Positions 63,478 to 64,000 of a DNA stretch of 64,000 nucleotides are shown here, piece after piece (position 1 is the first letter of the stretch; each line of letters begins with the position of its first letter). Below the pieces are notes generated by a model. The model was not told the origin of the DNA, made no database searches, and was given only the letters and a program-made list of their open reading frames with translations. The stretch lies in NCBI GenBank assembly GCA_001662655.1, contig KV460241.1. The stretch is one strand, 5' to 3'. Origin of the DNA: Pseudogymnoascus verrucosus (Eukaryota). A program made the position numbers and the translations under genes.

Positions 63478-64000
63478 ATGGCTCCTCCATTGCTGCAGCT
63501 GGGTTCACTCTCGCTTTTGCTACTCTCGGCAGTAAGTTCTTCTCCCGGTGGTATCACTGATGCACGGCGCGCGCATGCACCGTCGTAAACAGCGTCGACT
63601 ATGTGCGCGTTGACCGACGGAAGCTTTTATAATAACATTTGGGAATTCAGGTCACACCTTCGCTCGCCGCTTCAGTCAATACTGCGAGTTTGCCAACCAA
63701 CTGGTCCTACAAAGGATGTTACGTGTATGTGTTTGCCCTGTGCTCGTCCCGAGTCTCCCGCATTCAAGGGATACTAATTCTAACAACCTCCTTCCTATAG
63801 CGATAGTGTAGCAGCCCGTGTCCTCAGCGGATCTGCCTACAATTCGGACACACAGACCGAAGAGGCCTGCGCATCATACTGTGACACGAAAGGCTTCAAG
63901 TACGCCGGTGTTGAGTATGGCGTGGAATGCTGTAAGTCCCCGTCGCACTTGAACCCTCCTTACGCACGCCAAGCCATTGAGTCTCAGAATATTGTTCTCT
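63478..64000 (+). CDS. secreted WSC-domain protein, 5' part (runs off the window)
   Basis: Exons 63478-63531, 63651-63724, 63801-63931, then intron GTAAGT. Signal peptide MAPPLLQLGSLSLLLLSAVTPSLA; WSC motif WSYKGCYVD...RVL...TEEACASYC...GFKYAGVEYGVEC. Confidence 0.88.

Overview
Intron-containing DNA from a filamentous ascomycete (Pezizomycotina; a Leotiomycete-like organism is my impression only). I assembled 16 protein-coding genes by hand from GT..AG junctions; the 15 complete models each sum to a multiple of 3. In order: LCB1 (-), a small secreted protein with two 8-Cys repeats (+), FKS1 (-), a GH72 GAS/GEL glucanosyltransferase (+, divergent from FKS1), a SprT-like protease (+), MOG1 (-), an Inp1-domain protein (-), a UsgS-like membrane protein (+), an OTU1 deubiquitinase that appears to lack its N-terminal Ub-like domain (-), CHO1 (-), a Zn-metallopeptidase/jacalin protein (-), a Whi5/Nrm1-motif protein (+), a Sec7-PH Arf-GEF (-), a divergent FPGS-like ligase (+), a processive GT2 polysaccharide synthase (-) and the 5' end of a secreted WSC-domain gene (+). 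The most striking unexplained signals are: (i) a ~1 kb helix-dense stretch with no convincing ORF at the window start, which looks like the 3' part of a long structured ncRNA (telomerase RNA is one hypothesis, unproven); (ii) the small protein built from a duplicated exon encoding a non-hydrophobin 8-Cys module; (iii) a natural F-to-Y change in FKS1 echinocandin hot spot 1; (iv) a GT2/WSC divergent pair separated by ~9.7 kb without a recognisable gene. No tRNA, rRNA, CRISPR array or intact transposon was seen.
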